Assembly (NCBI GenBank): GCA_040954595.2
Contig: CM082576.2
Span: 3,260,760 to 3,324,759, forward strand
Direction: 5' to 3'
From: Balanoglossus misakiensis
Lineage: Eukaryota; Animalia; Hemichordata
Length of the DNA stretch: 64,000 nt
Below are positions 1 through 12,888 of the stretch, one piece after another. Within the stretch, counting starts at the first letter, position 1; each line of letters starts with the position of its first letter. The position numbers and the translations under genes are program-made. Below the pieces are notes generated by a model that saw only the letters and a list, made by a program, of their open reading frames with translations, was not told the origin of the DNA and searched no databases.

Positions 1-1280
1 TGTATCAGCACACAAATGATGGTTCAACAAGTGTAGGGAATAGACAAGGTGTGTTGCAATATACACATATTGACTCTCCATGAGGGTAATATCATACGGC
101 TGTCCGCACACCACAACTTAGTTGACTACCATAACAGTACCAAAAGGACATCAGTATCCAAAGATCATATTTTTGGCACTGTCACTATGGGCCACCGTAA
201 TTCAACCTTGACACTCCCCCAAAATTGAGACGAAAGTGCATCTACCGTAGGAGTGTAAACAAAATCTGCAGCTCCACATGTATGGTACTAACCAATACTC
301 AAGTAGTCGTTTTGAGGTTGCTTGTATGTGTTATGCAGGAGAAAAGATGCCAAATATGCTGGACCTATGTGAGGGCCCCCCGATACTGCCATATTGCACT
401 GGTATGATTGGAATTACAGAAGCTGCCCAGTGTGTGTATGTGTGTAATGGTTGGCTGGGGTCATACAAGGACACTGCCCTGGTGCCCTGCAAAGCTCTGC
501 TTACCTCTACTCTACAACAAGTGTTCCTATGGGTTGTTATTCCATAGTTCGTGTTTTTTTTTTAAATACAGGGCATTTATTTTAAGGTTGTTTATTTATA
601 ATTACTACCAGAGGTTTTTCATTTTTTTTTAACCATCACCTGTAGACATTGACAAGTATATCGGGGAGGCTATGTTGCTCTCAGTAGATGATCAATTTAG
701 ACAATTTTTGTCTGTGTATCTAGAGAGGATTAAGAAATGATGAGAATCTCTGTCATGTCTAGTATGCGTTAACTATGTAGTCCTTGTCCACCAGTCAGTC
801 AGTATTATTAATATTTGGAGTTCTAAAATTTTGGTATTCTACCCATTTCTTAATATATGTTTCTTAATATCATTTCTTAATACATGTATATGTTTATTTC
901 TTGGGGTAATATTACATGTAAGTAGAGGCTTATGACATTATGTCTATATACCGGTAACTATAAGAACTATGTGAGCTCCAAGTCCATTACTTAATTGACT
1001 CAGTGGCCAAGATTCTTGGTCATTCCTCCCACACAGGCAGTTGTCAATCTAACCACTGCACATATATATAAGGCATTCTTGTTTTGATAATGCAGTTGCC
1101 AACAGGCATTTACCAAGCAAATAAAGTTTCACTCATACCACCCAATGAAACTTGCCAGCTCTAATGTCATCCAGTGCGACACACCCTGAAATCATTCCTT
1201 TTCTGCTTTACATTGTAATTTATGAAACTCAGTGTGGTTGTACATGTCATTCTCAATCTCTCATTTTGCTCTCCTGACAG

Positions 1281-4200
1281 ATTGCTTGTAATATATTTCG
1301 GACACTGCCCCCAAGTGATAACCCCGACTTTGACCCTGAAGAAGACGACCCAACGTTAGAAGCTTCGTGGCCACATTTACAGGTAAGACCAAGAGGAGCC
1401 AAAAAAAGCACTTATTAGTTCTGGAGTGTATACAGTCTAACTTGTGTTGGTGACCTCTTCTGTATAGTGGCAACTTCCCCCCGGTCTGTGGACAGAAAAA
1501 CAAAAACGTCTCTTGGATTGTTATAGACACAAAAGAGATGTACTTCAGGAGAACATAGTCAACTTTACAACATTACTTAACCACAATTTAGTGCTTTCAA
1601 CTAATTTCTGGATGACAAGAGGAGATGTTAAAAATTCATGATCAGTGCTTTACGAAAGAGCTTCTATCATGATATTTATGCCTAGTTTGATATATATCCC
1701 GACTCGAGGGAATATGCACACCCACTCACGAGGACTGGTAAAAAAGCCTTGATAAAGGATATCCCCGCACACACTACATCAGATGCCATATTGTCACCAA
1801 TTCAAAGAGGTATCTGTGGTGTGTGTATTTGCCAAATGTCGCCCCAGGGGGGATCACGAGATACAGCGACTAATTCTGTCGGATATACAATTTCAGAAGC
1901 CCTCACTGTTGTCAGTTGGCATCAGAAAATGTCAGAAATGAATCTTTCAGAAGATAGCGCATTGTCTCCATCACCATTTCTTTGATTTACATCTGTCCTG
2001 CAGTTAAAGTATGTGTTCTGTTCAGATGAGCTACCGCTAAGTTACAGTATGTTGGTCCAGTATTACAAGAAGGACCTCGGTATAAGAAGAAATATTACAT
2101 TAAGCTCTGGGGAGCTTTACATCCCAGTGTCATCTGAAAGCTTTCCAAATTGCTGCATCTGAGAAACCCATCAATGAAAAAAATAACCTTAATCTATTTT
2201 TTTCCACTTTCAGATTGTGTATGAATTTTTCCTCCGGTTCTTGGAATCGCCTGACTTCCAACCTAGCATAGCAAAAAAGTACATTGACCAGAAGTTTGTA
2301 CTTCAGGTGAGTGTCGACACACTTATTAAAGTTTGTAGAATTTCCATGTACTCATCTGCATGTGCGAATGATGATAATGACTCCTACATCATTTTCCTTG
2401 CCTCCAGCTGTTGGAACTGTTTGACAGTGAAGACCCACGTGAGAGAGACTTCTTGAAGACGATCTTACACCGAATCTATGGCAAGTTCTTGGGGCTCAGG
2501 GCCTTCATCAGAAAACAAATTAGTAATATTTTTCTAAAGTGAGTACCGTCTTCTTTCTGTGAAGGTTTTGTTGGTGAGAAAAACAAAGATGTAATGTGAA
2601 ACGTTGTCTTGTAGAGAATTGTTGCATCAGTGGTGAATTGACTTTGAGGGCAGAAAGGACAGAGTGCAAAAAGTATCACAGATTTGTTGCAAGAAAAAAA
2701 CCCTGACATGAACACCAGTTGTCAGCTGGCATCAATATTCCATGTGATGGCCCACATTTAGGTCAATTATTTATTGACAGAAGGCGACAAAAAACAAACT
2801 GATACGGTCATCATTACCCAGTTATGACGTCATTGAGAAATTTATCTTCGACCTCATCCCTTCAGTGTGCGTGTGTCTTAGACAAGTAGTGAGTGAAGAT
2901 CCAGGCCTTCGCCCATTTCTCTGAACCCTAGTAGACCTTTTCATATCATTTCAAGTCGTCGTTCATGCAAGAAATGCGCATGTGGCACTCTTTCTGAAAT
3001 TTAACCGAGATAAAGTTTAGTGACCTCATCGTAAAATTTGGTTTCACATGGTTTGCATGGTTCGAATTGACCCAGCTTCAGCGTATCGAATTTGAGTAAT
3101 TGCTTTTGTAAAATAAAGAGCATCGGTTCCAATGTCATGTAAAGTAGTAAAGTGTGTTTAACAAGCAATCATTCTGTGATGAATTCTCAGAAAGGCAAAT
3201 TGAATTGTCAAGTCTAATTTCAATGTCATCTCTTCTTTGCCCATTCCGTCCAGGTTTATATATGAGACAGAACATTTCAATGGGGTTGGGGAACTCCTAG
3301 AGATTCTGGGAAGGTAAGTGTGATGATGCTTATTCTGTGAGTGTGGATTTGTGTATATGTACTGGGATGTGTGTGTGTCAGTAATATGCAGAAATCCATG
3401 TATCCACGGTGATATTGCTTATGTACACAAGTCACATAAAATTAATGTTCATGATTTGCTGTGTCTTATTACCTTTCTAAGTGTTTAGTTCCGTGGGGAA
3501 TTGTATAGTATTAAGAGAACAATTTTGGAGACTTGCTCTTTATACAGTCTTGACACGTAACACGGTCACTTTTTATTTCTTGCAGTATCATTAATGGTTT
3601 TGCTCTGCCGTTGAAGGCAGAACACAAACAGTTCTTAATCAAAGTACTGATTCCACTACATAAAGTCAAGTGTCTCAGTCTCTACCATGCACAGGTAAGT
3701 TTGTCACATGGATGTGAGTGCGTGCATGTGTGGATCAGGATGACAACCTGTTGTAGTGTAGGCATACTGGCTGCCCGACTGTATGCAGCAATCCTAGTGT
3801 TTCTGGGCAGCAGTTAACATGAAGGCAAACATGCGGTGGTACACTCATTATATTTGCATTTGGCTTTTTCCATCAGCCGGGGTTAAAAGAAAGCATACAA
3901 CACACATCGCTGTCTGACGTCAAGAATCATTACTAGTGATTAGCGTGCAATTATTGTATCGTCCAGATGCCATAGAGCTAGTCGTCAGATTTCATCGATG
4001 AAATGAATCACAGACACGTACACACGCACCGCTCTTGTAAGAGATAACTTAGGATTGCAACTTGTTCAAATTTAATAGAAACTGCATTCATCCATCGCCA
4101 TGGCAAACCTTTGCAAGCATTGAAATGCGGCGGTAAACCATCAGAATTGAGGGATGTATTTCTGTCATGGCAATGGCAAGTTGCTTGATCAAGCAGACAT

Positions 4201-7200
4201 ACAAGTCAAGACTTGAATGTCAGCTTTGCTGTATGGCATGTTCTTCTAAAAAAATCCACACAATTTCATTTTACAACAGATTTGTTTGGAAAGAGCTGCA
4301 TTTTACCCAAATTTCCAAGAATACCTTCCTCCCTTATTTGATTAATTTTGCCCTAGCCAACATCACTGTATCATGTCTAATGAGACCTCGTCATCTGAAT
4401 AAATATTGTGCTTCCCTGAGTTTACTTCAAATGACATGTGATACATGCATCATGTTCTGCATTCAGGCCCGAGTTATAAAGATGTGTGTATTTCAGACGG
4501 GTTTCTTTCAACAGAAAGCATCACTTTGCTGACGTGTCATATCAATATACACTAGTCTAGTGGAGAAAATTACAGCTGGAGAGGATGCTTTGGAAAAAAG
4601 GGGATGAATAAGAGGCTGTGATCTGTAGTTCATGTTAACTGAATCACAACGATTGATATTAACACATCATGGATTTGATCTGTCTCCAAACTGCAGCTTT
4701 TGATTTAAATGATAGTGACGCACCTGTCCACCAGCAATTCATGAACTGCTCTCTCCATTCCATTCCACACTGCCTGGAAACCACAATGATCGCCAAATTT
4801 TCCTCTCGGCAGGAGTGCACATTAGTTTTGGGAGGCCTAGCAGCACTTAGCTGTGACTAAACTGCCACTTTTCGGGTAATAATGGACATTATCTGCAGGT
4901 GGTGTTACGAATCTCTCGCTTTGCTGTGATTTCCCGCCGAGATTTCTTGAACTTACACTTGTACTCACAGTTCACTTCATACAGGTTACATTATCTCAAG
5001 TTTAACCATTCCCTACGGTCACATCATATGTACTTCTTTCCACATTCTAGCGTTTTAATTTCCTGTTTTTTTTCTGTATTTGTTCTTCAGCTTGCATATT
5101 GTGTGGTTCAGTTTCTAGAAAAGGATGCATCGTTAACAGAGCCAGTAAGTTAAACTTCTTATGATGGAAAAGATGTGATTTTCAATGAAAAAAAATTAAT
5201 TAAAAAAACATTAAGTTAAGATGTGTAATTGTTTAATGTAGATAACATCCACCCCCCCCCCCAAGATTGTAGGCCAAGTAATTTATTCAACCTTTCAAAG
5301 TTATGAATATTGCATAGAAAGACAGTTCTCAGCACTGAGCATCACATTCCATCATAAATTTTAAAAATAACTGGACGGCAGTTTCATGGAGTAAGACATC
5401 ACCGATTTGCAACTTGCTAATTCTGGTATCCCTGATAAAGAGAGATTCGTTGGAAAATTAATGTACAGTCACATCTAGAGCAAATGTAGCATTTAGTTTG
5501 ATACGATCTAGTGGTGTGAATGTTTGCATGTTATGTACAGTTGGAGGAATAGTAAATGTGTGGTTTCTCGCACCTTGAGATCTTTTTTTTTTCTTGTCAC
5601 TCTGTTTAGGTTGTGTGTGGATTACTCAAATTCTGGCCTAAAACGTGTAGTCAAAAAGAGGTAAGTGTGCGTTGACATTCAATGAACTGTAGAATATCAG
5701 TTATCTAATGATGTTACATCAAGCAGCATTCTCAGTTTAGTGAGCTGTAGTAGTTGTGAACAGTGCCACTGGTTACAATTACAATGTTATTTACTCCCAA
5801 ACGACACTCCCCGTCCTAGCAATGGAATTCACAGATACACACATCTCACAAAAGTTGATCACTTGTTTTGTTTGTTGTCACAGGTGATGTATCTAGGAGA
5901 AATAGAAGAAATACTGGATGTTATTGAAACTTCCCAATTTTTAAAGATACAAGAACCTTTGTTTAAACAAATTTCTAGATGTGTGTCAAGTCCCCACTTC
6001 CAGGTAAGTCGGTGATGACCCATTTTTTTTTGCCCACGACAGACATGGCACATCCTTTGCTGTGGACAGAAATCACTGCTCTTTCAATGTTGCCAAACAA
6101 CAAGGGACCAGTTTGACATGAGACTACAGAGAGGAAACTAGATTTCCCATCAATAATTGTACTACCGTTGAATGCTCACAGTGTCCTTTTTTTGTCTCCC
6201 AGGTTGCAGAACGGGCTCTGTACTACTGGAATAATGAATATATAATGAGTTTAATTGAAGAGAATTCAAATGTCATTATGCCCATTATGTTCCCGGCTCT
6301 CTACAGGATATCGAAAGACCACTGGAATCAGTAAGTTGAACTTTGACCTGCATTTCAAATATGGCCGCCTTTTTTTTTGCAGCATAACAGTACTACCCAG
6401 TAGTAAAATCTCATCCTCAGGAGAAATAAATGTACAAGATCTAAACCATGCCTGAAAGATAAAACTGCCAACAATCTAATCTTTTCTCATTTTTGTGCTA
6501 GTTTCTGATACTTGAAGCATATTTGCGACATGTAATTTTTGTTTCCATTTTTACTGTGGTCATATTTTCAGGACAATTGTAGCGCTTGTATACAATGTAT
6601 TGAAAACCTTTATGGAAATGAATAGCAAATTGTTCGATGAGCTCACGTCTAGTTACAAAGCAGACAGACAAAAGTAAGTAGTTTGCTTCTTTGTCTTTGT
6701 GGTGGGTGGTGGTGGGGATGGGAGGACGGAATTTTGGATTGCAAAATTAGATCCCACAGCTGACCTTTGCCCCACAGACACTTCTGTTAGTTCAGAGGTC
6801 AGCTGCAATTATTCTATTGTGTTTACACCTGAGCCCAAGGTGATATTTGGTTTTCTGTCTCATGTCAACACCATCATAAATGCAGCTGGTATATCACAAT
6901 TTTCCAAATTTTTAAATGGATTTTGTCCTCTTGTATGGGGGAAAACTGTGGTAATGTACGTTCTTGTAAACTGAACAGTTTTGAAATACAATAAAGACAG
7001 CATTGTCTTTGAACATGATGATTTTGCTTTGAGAAACATTTTGTATGATTCTGTGGTATAGTATCTTGAATGTTCTTCATGCAGAGACGGTCAATTTGAG
7101 ATCACTTGTAAGGGAATCGAATTAATTACACAAGGCATTGCTTACGCAGACTTACTGTCACCAATGCATAAAATGAGGAAGCGTCAAAAGTGTGGGAAGG

Positions 7201-7425
7201 TCACTTTTGCACATGAGCAATGATCAACGTGGCATGGGTTTCTTGAACTTTGCTATTTCTTATTGTCAGCCGACCAGAATGATTGATTTTTGTGTGCGTG
7301 TAAATTTCTTTTGTTTCAGAGAGAAGAAGAAGGAGAAAGAGAGGGACGAACTCTGGAAGAAGCTCTCCAAGCTGGAAATGAACAACACAGCAAACAAAAA
7401 GACACAACAAGCCAATGCAAAATGA
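1281..7425 (+). CDS. PPP2R5E: PP2A 56 kDa regulatory subunit B56 (alpha/epsilon/widerborst-like), 5'-partial, 11 coding exons in window
   Basis: GT-AG exons in consistent phase: 1281-1382 ([34 protein letters not shown]), 2214-2306, 2408-2538 ([31 protein letters not shown]), 3254-3313, 3586-3694, 5091-5144, 5610-5660 ([10 protein letters not shown]), 5884-6003, 6203-6330, 6572-6673, 7320-7425 (TGA). These are hallmark B56 motifs. The paralog choice (A/B/E clade) is approximate. Confidence 0.95.
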
Positions 7426-9615
7426 GAGAGAGAGAAATAAATAAAAGAGGAAAGCAAAGAGGCGGGATAAAATCTATGTGAATAACTAAACTAAAATGAT
7501 GTATCGCTTCAGTCAACAAGATTTATTGTAAAATTGCGTGGTATACAGGAATTACTGAACTTTGTTTAAATGTGATGAAAATAATAAAAACGAAACTGTG
7601 AATGATAAACATTACTGGTGATACCCAAAATCAAATAACCTTTCATTTTTTTTGTGCTGGTGCAAGAAAATAGTACATTCAAGTGTGTTCATTCTATTGT
7701 GTATAGTGTATTGCTACTGCGGGCCAGACACAGAATCTTAAACGTTGTAGTTTTAACCAAAAAAAAAAAAAAAGATTTCCGCAGATGTGGCCTCCAGCAA
7801 TAATATACTTGAAGCAAGTGTTAGCTTGTCTGGTGTTTTGCTCTTGCAACTCTGAGAAGAGAGCCGTGTGTTTTTTCAACAAGACATTTTTTCCACAGCC
7901 CAGCTCATGTTTTGAAAACTCAGGTAGTGTTACCGCAACAGATGACACGCCGGGGGAGCAGATTAAAAGAAAAAACGGGGGAAAACAGAATCAGCTGGCT
8001 CTGAGATACAAAACTGTAGGACAGTTAACCACAGAATATTGATTCATTTGAAAGTCATCGCGTATCATCATCCCTTCCACCAGCTTGTGTATTGGACTTA
8101 CTTTATTTAGCCGATTTTTAACAAATGAGTTGTGATTCCTACAAGAACGCCTGTCTTGTATTTTAGTTTTTTCTCTGGTTGGATTTTTTGACATAGATGT
8201 ACACACTGGCTTGACCCCAATCCTCTCACCCTGCTGTCCCAAGTCTTCACGTAGAGTTGTATTTGCTGTCAGTTTTGAAGTCATCTTCACACAAAAGGGT
8301 TTGTTCATCACTTCTCTGCTTGCCTCTGTGTCTTTTTTCAAATTCCATGGGCTTGCTTTTTGAGAGTTGATCACAGTTGAAACTAAATATTGTGTTTTCT
8401 AGAGTAGCTTAAAAAGATTTAATGACCTATTAGACGAGGAAAAAAAATCCTTTAACAAAGAAGAAGAAAAAAATTGCAAAAAAATGACCGTAACAGTCAT
8501 ACTAAAATCCACAGGGTGTTCATCTACCCCAGTTTTAATATGATTTCCACTGTGTAAATGTGTATAAATAAATGTATTTTTCTTTATTTCCTTTTTTTGT
8601 AACTTTAGATATGAGATGCTGATGTCAGTCGTAATATGGCAAAGTGTTTGTTGTATGAGGTCATCCTCCGATGTTTTGCCTTTTAAATATTTCCGTTGAG
8701 TATACACTTTCTCTCCCCAAGTTTGACTTGTTGGTTTTGTTTTTTTTGCCTGAGAAAATTGTAATGAAGAGCATATCGGGGGAACTCAGATTTAATGTAA
8801 TAATGATGATAATATTAGGATCTTAAATTAATCCAAAGAGGAAAAAAAGTGGGAATGTAGATAATAGATTTGAGCTCGTTTTAGATGAATGACGTGATTT
8901 CAAAATTGACTCTGGTTCTACTTTCCAGTGGTTTTGTTCTTAGGAAACCATGGAAATGACGTAGATGCAAATGAGAATTTAAAAGAAGCTGTCATTTGAA
9001 GAGACGCCTTCAGCTGCATATTGACTCATACAGGTTGTTGTATTTGTATCTTTGCCCCATGCATGCTAATATACCATTCTTAAATTGATTTTTTGTTGTC
9101 GTGACAAACATACAGAAGGATTATTGAATAAAAATGTCTTCAGTCGTGAGACTGATAGTAAAAAAAATGTGTGTGATGTGTTTTTGTGGTGTTTCGTTTA
9201 TGAAATTGCTGCCTCATTCTTCATGTGGCTTGAATTGAACCATCCCTTTTGGCGGGGATGAAGACACATACACGCAAGCACTTGCACACACAGACACACA
9301 TTGTGAAACTGAAGATTGGTAGGGATGAAAAATACATGTATTTTTTTAAGTAAAAAGATCCCAAATCCAATATTAACAGCACTTGATACAGCTGAAGTAA
9401 TCTCAAGGTTGGAAGCAATTCTACGCACATCCAGTGAATCTTAAATGATTCACACCTGGTGTAATTGTTAACTGCAGATGTAATGAGATTATTACTATTT
9501 ATGGATCCTTTGACCACAAAACAATATCCATGATCCTTGTATCAGTTTCCAAACGTGAGTGGTATATCAAGCATTATAAAGGAACATTTGTGAAAGCATA
9601 AGTGAACACCTAAGT

Positions 9616-10753
9616 TCAAAGTTCACTCTTGCGGACAATCTGTAACAACTCTACTTCAAAGATTAGTGTAGCGCCACCTAGAGAAAGAAAAAAAGACAAA
9701 CATAATTATTGTCGGTTATTGAGACAGGAATGCAAACACATGATTTTTCATGATAAAAACATTCAAGCACACATTGTTGTGGTTAATATGATCACGTTTG
9801 TATTCTGATAATCTGTAACAGATGATGTACTGTTGAGAGTTGACAGATTATCTATAAAGTGGAAAATACCAACAGTACAGATTGTGGCAGAACATGGCAG
9901 GGGTATAAAGTGAAATGGACCGACAGTAACGGGATTATCATGCATGACATCTTTTCCGATCCCCTCTGTAGCACACAGTGCACAGCAAGCTTACTGCAGC
10001 CAATCATGTAGAGTGTGACTGACTGTGATGGCAAGCTAAATTTAGCAATTATGAACTGTTCTTGCATATTGTGTTACCTGGAATTTTGGGAGGTGCTCCC
10101 CTGTCTCCATATCCCAACTCTGACGGAATCACCAACTTCCTCTTTTCACCTTCACACATTCTGGGGAAAAACAGAGTGATTCAAATCACAAACCATTCCA
10201 TTTGTAGAATGCTGTAGCTGCTTAAACGCTATGAAGATCGCCACTCACCCGATCAAACCCTGATCCCATCCTTTAATGACTTGTCCACTTCCAAGAGTAA
10301 AAACAAACGGCTCACCACGTGGAATGCTGCTGTCGAATTCTGTGCCATCTTCAAGTTTTCCCTGGTAAGGATGTCAACATTTTGAGATAACGTAAATGAT
10401 CAGTTTGATTACAAAGTTGTTTCTTGGTTACATTGGACAGTACAAGACTGCTCATAGACTATTTGATTTGGCATTCTGAGATTAAAAGCAGCTGATCCTG
10501 CTATAATTCATGGTGATTTGTTGTACAAACAGATGATCCCATCATCAGAACCCGAGCGCCCTCAGTGGTGATAAATGTGCCGATAACCTACTGTGTAGTG
10601 CATATGGAGGGTGTCTCCCTTTTTCGATTTTGTTGTGCAATTTTCTACTCGTTTCTTCACACCTATCTGTAACTTCTTTTCTTTCTTCTCGGCATGGCCC
10701 ACTGCCAGCACACATATAACCACAAACAGCAAAGGCAGTTTCAAAGACGTCAT
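9616..10753 (-). CDS. FKBP2: FK506-binding protein 2 (FKBP13), ER peptidyl-prolyl cis-trans isomerase, 139 aa
   Basis: Exons 10753-10592 (signal peptide + [10 protein letters not shown]...GDTLHMHYT), 10361-10249 ([12 protein letters not shown]...[11 protein letters not shown]), 10160-10078 ([18 protein letters not shown]), 9677-9616 ([11 protein letters not shown]...KSEL*). Total 420 nt, with a C-terminal KDEL-like KSEL. A likely upstream exon ends at 11624 (TGG|GTAAGT). Confidence 0.96.
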
Positions 10754-11623
10754 CTCACACCAGGTTTATTGCTCTGCAAGTGGTAAAAAGGGATGAATGA
10801 AAAAACCACAACCAAAAGTCTAAACTGAATTCTGTCTGTAGGTAGAACCATCCTCCTTTCAAGACAATAACCCAAACACCATGGTGGCACTCTTAATCAC
10901 AATATGGCATCATGTCCAGGTGGCATTTTCCCATGATTAGTCAAACAAGGAAGGCATGCTGCAATACTGAAATTTGTTGAACCCTTTTCCCATTTTTTGT
11001 GATATTCTTTGATATAGTATTTAACTATTACAAACAGCATTTGACAGACTTTGAAAGAAATTAAATATTATGATATTCATGTTTCCAATTCAATATGTAG
11101 AATGTCTTGATATCTGATTGATACAATCAAACCAAGCAGACTCGTGAGACATTCAATTTACTTTTCCAAAGTTCAATTATCATGGTGTCAATGGGAATGC
11201 ACCACAAACTCAACACTTTGGTTACTATAAAGTTAAAGTTCATCACATAGCACGCACAACTACTACTACATTTGTATCTATGAATATTACTGGTAGATCA
11301 CACTAAGCTGTAAATTTGTCAAAGTGATCAATCGCGGATAGGTACTAGATCCAACTGACTCCAATATGAGAGACCCGGTCAACGACCATCATAATGCGTG
11401 GAGCGACTTGATTCGTCGAGCCATGGAGGTACCTCCATGGTCGAGCACACACTGCCATCTAAAACCATGCAGAGAGTGTAGCTGGCCAATTTTGCCCGCG
11501 ACACTCACAGGACCTCCTTAGCAAGCAAAGTTACTCTGTTCGTTATCCGTATGTAAAGAGAAGTGCCAGCTAATTCCTTGCGACCATCAAAATTTGAGGA
11601 AAGGCGTGCGTGCAGTGACTTAC

Positions 11624-11853
11624 CCAGTACATGTATGTGAAATCCAACCCCATGCAATCACGGACCGCTTCCGTATTGAGTTTTGTTGAGGGTCGAAGTT
11701 CACAACGCGTGCGCAACTAAGAAATTAACGCCCTCAACGTCACCCGGTAAAAACGAAACGCTGATCTGGCTTGCGTTGAGAAAACGTACATGCGATTGTA
11801 TTCATAACGTTGATAGTGAACGTCTGATATCGCAGCCATCCATCAAAGCAAAC
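11624..11853. promoter_or_regulatory. Bidirectional CpG-rich promoter shared by FKBP2 and SNRPD2
   Basis: The first exons diverge within about 230 bp. CpG density is locally high. ETS-like CGGAAG (minus, ~11668-11673), ACGTCA ~11738, and a YY1 motif AAGATGGCG at 11983-11991 in SNRPD2 intron 1. Confidence 0.75.
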
Positions 11854-12888
11854 ATGTCGTAAGTATATTTTCTGTTCACTTTCTTAGCGTGTAAGATTTC
11901 TAGTGGTATATTTCTTATCTTGGATGTTAGGTTTTGCCATAAATTGGCCGGAGTTTCAGATGTAAACAAAAGGAAAACTGGCAAGATGGCGACCACCAGG
12001 GGCAGTGACTTTTGGTAAAGTCTGTGAATGGAAGTACCGATAGTCCACGGTAAATCCTATTGCATGGGTGGGTGTACAGTGTCTTCTGTTGATCATATGC
12101 TCACAATCACATAAATGAGACATGCCAATTTGACACTGCTGATTAAATCCCTGATTGAATTGGTTAATGCCATTAACATGAAACTATCCCTTGTCATATA
12201 CTGAAAATTTGCTAACTTGCAGGTTAATAACCAAACCCAAGACAGAGATGAGCCACGAGGAATTGGCAAAAAGGGAAGAAGAAGAATTCAACACAGGCCC
12301 ATTGTCAGTTCTAACACAGTCAGTGAAAAACAACACACAAGTTCTTATTAACTGCAGGAATAACAAGAAACTTTTAGGGAGAGTCAAGGCTTTTGACAGG
12401 TAAGAACAAGAATCAGACACCACACTCTTTAGATATACACACTACCACATATACTAGGTTTATTGCTCCAATGTTTCAGTAATTAAAGTTTGTGCATAGG
12501 AAATACAAGAAATGTTACTTTGCAAATGTACCACACATTCTTCAGTAACCCAATCTTCTGTACACAACTGCCCTTTACACTTTTAACCCTATCCAGTTCG
12601 AAGTAGTCTGGTTGTACTAGTATTTCAAGCTGAACAAAGATCAGACAGACCTAGTACTTTTTATGCTGGGAATATCATTGATGTGTGTATTCTTCTGTCA
12701 TTCTTGTCAACAGGCATTGTAATATGGTCTTGGAAAACGTGAAAGAAATGTGGACAGAAGTGCCCAAGACGGGAAAGGGGAAGAAGAAATCAAAGCCAGT
12801 AAACAAAGATAGATACATATCCAAGATGTTCCTTAGGGGAGACAGTGTCATACTGGTCTTGAGAAACCCGCTTGGAGCGCAAAAATAG
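11854..12888 (+). CDS. SNRPD2: Small nuclear ribonucleoprotein Sm D2, 118 aa
   Basis: Exons 11854-11858 (ATG TC|GTAAGT), 12223-12399 ([59 protein letters not shown]), 12714-12888 ([15 protein letters not shown]...[20 protein letters not shown]). Total 357 nt. Confidence 0.97.

Noticed and set aside
9669-9683. CTCF-like CTCTAGGTGGCGCTA
   Set aside because: It is explained by the FKBP2 acceptor plus Gly-Gly-Ala codons.
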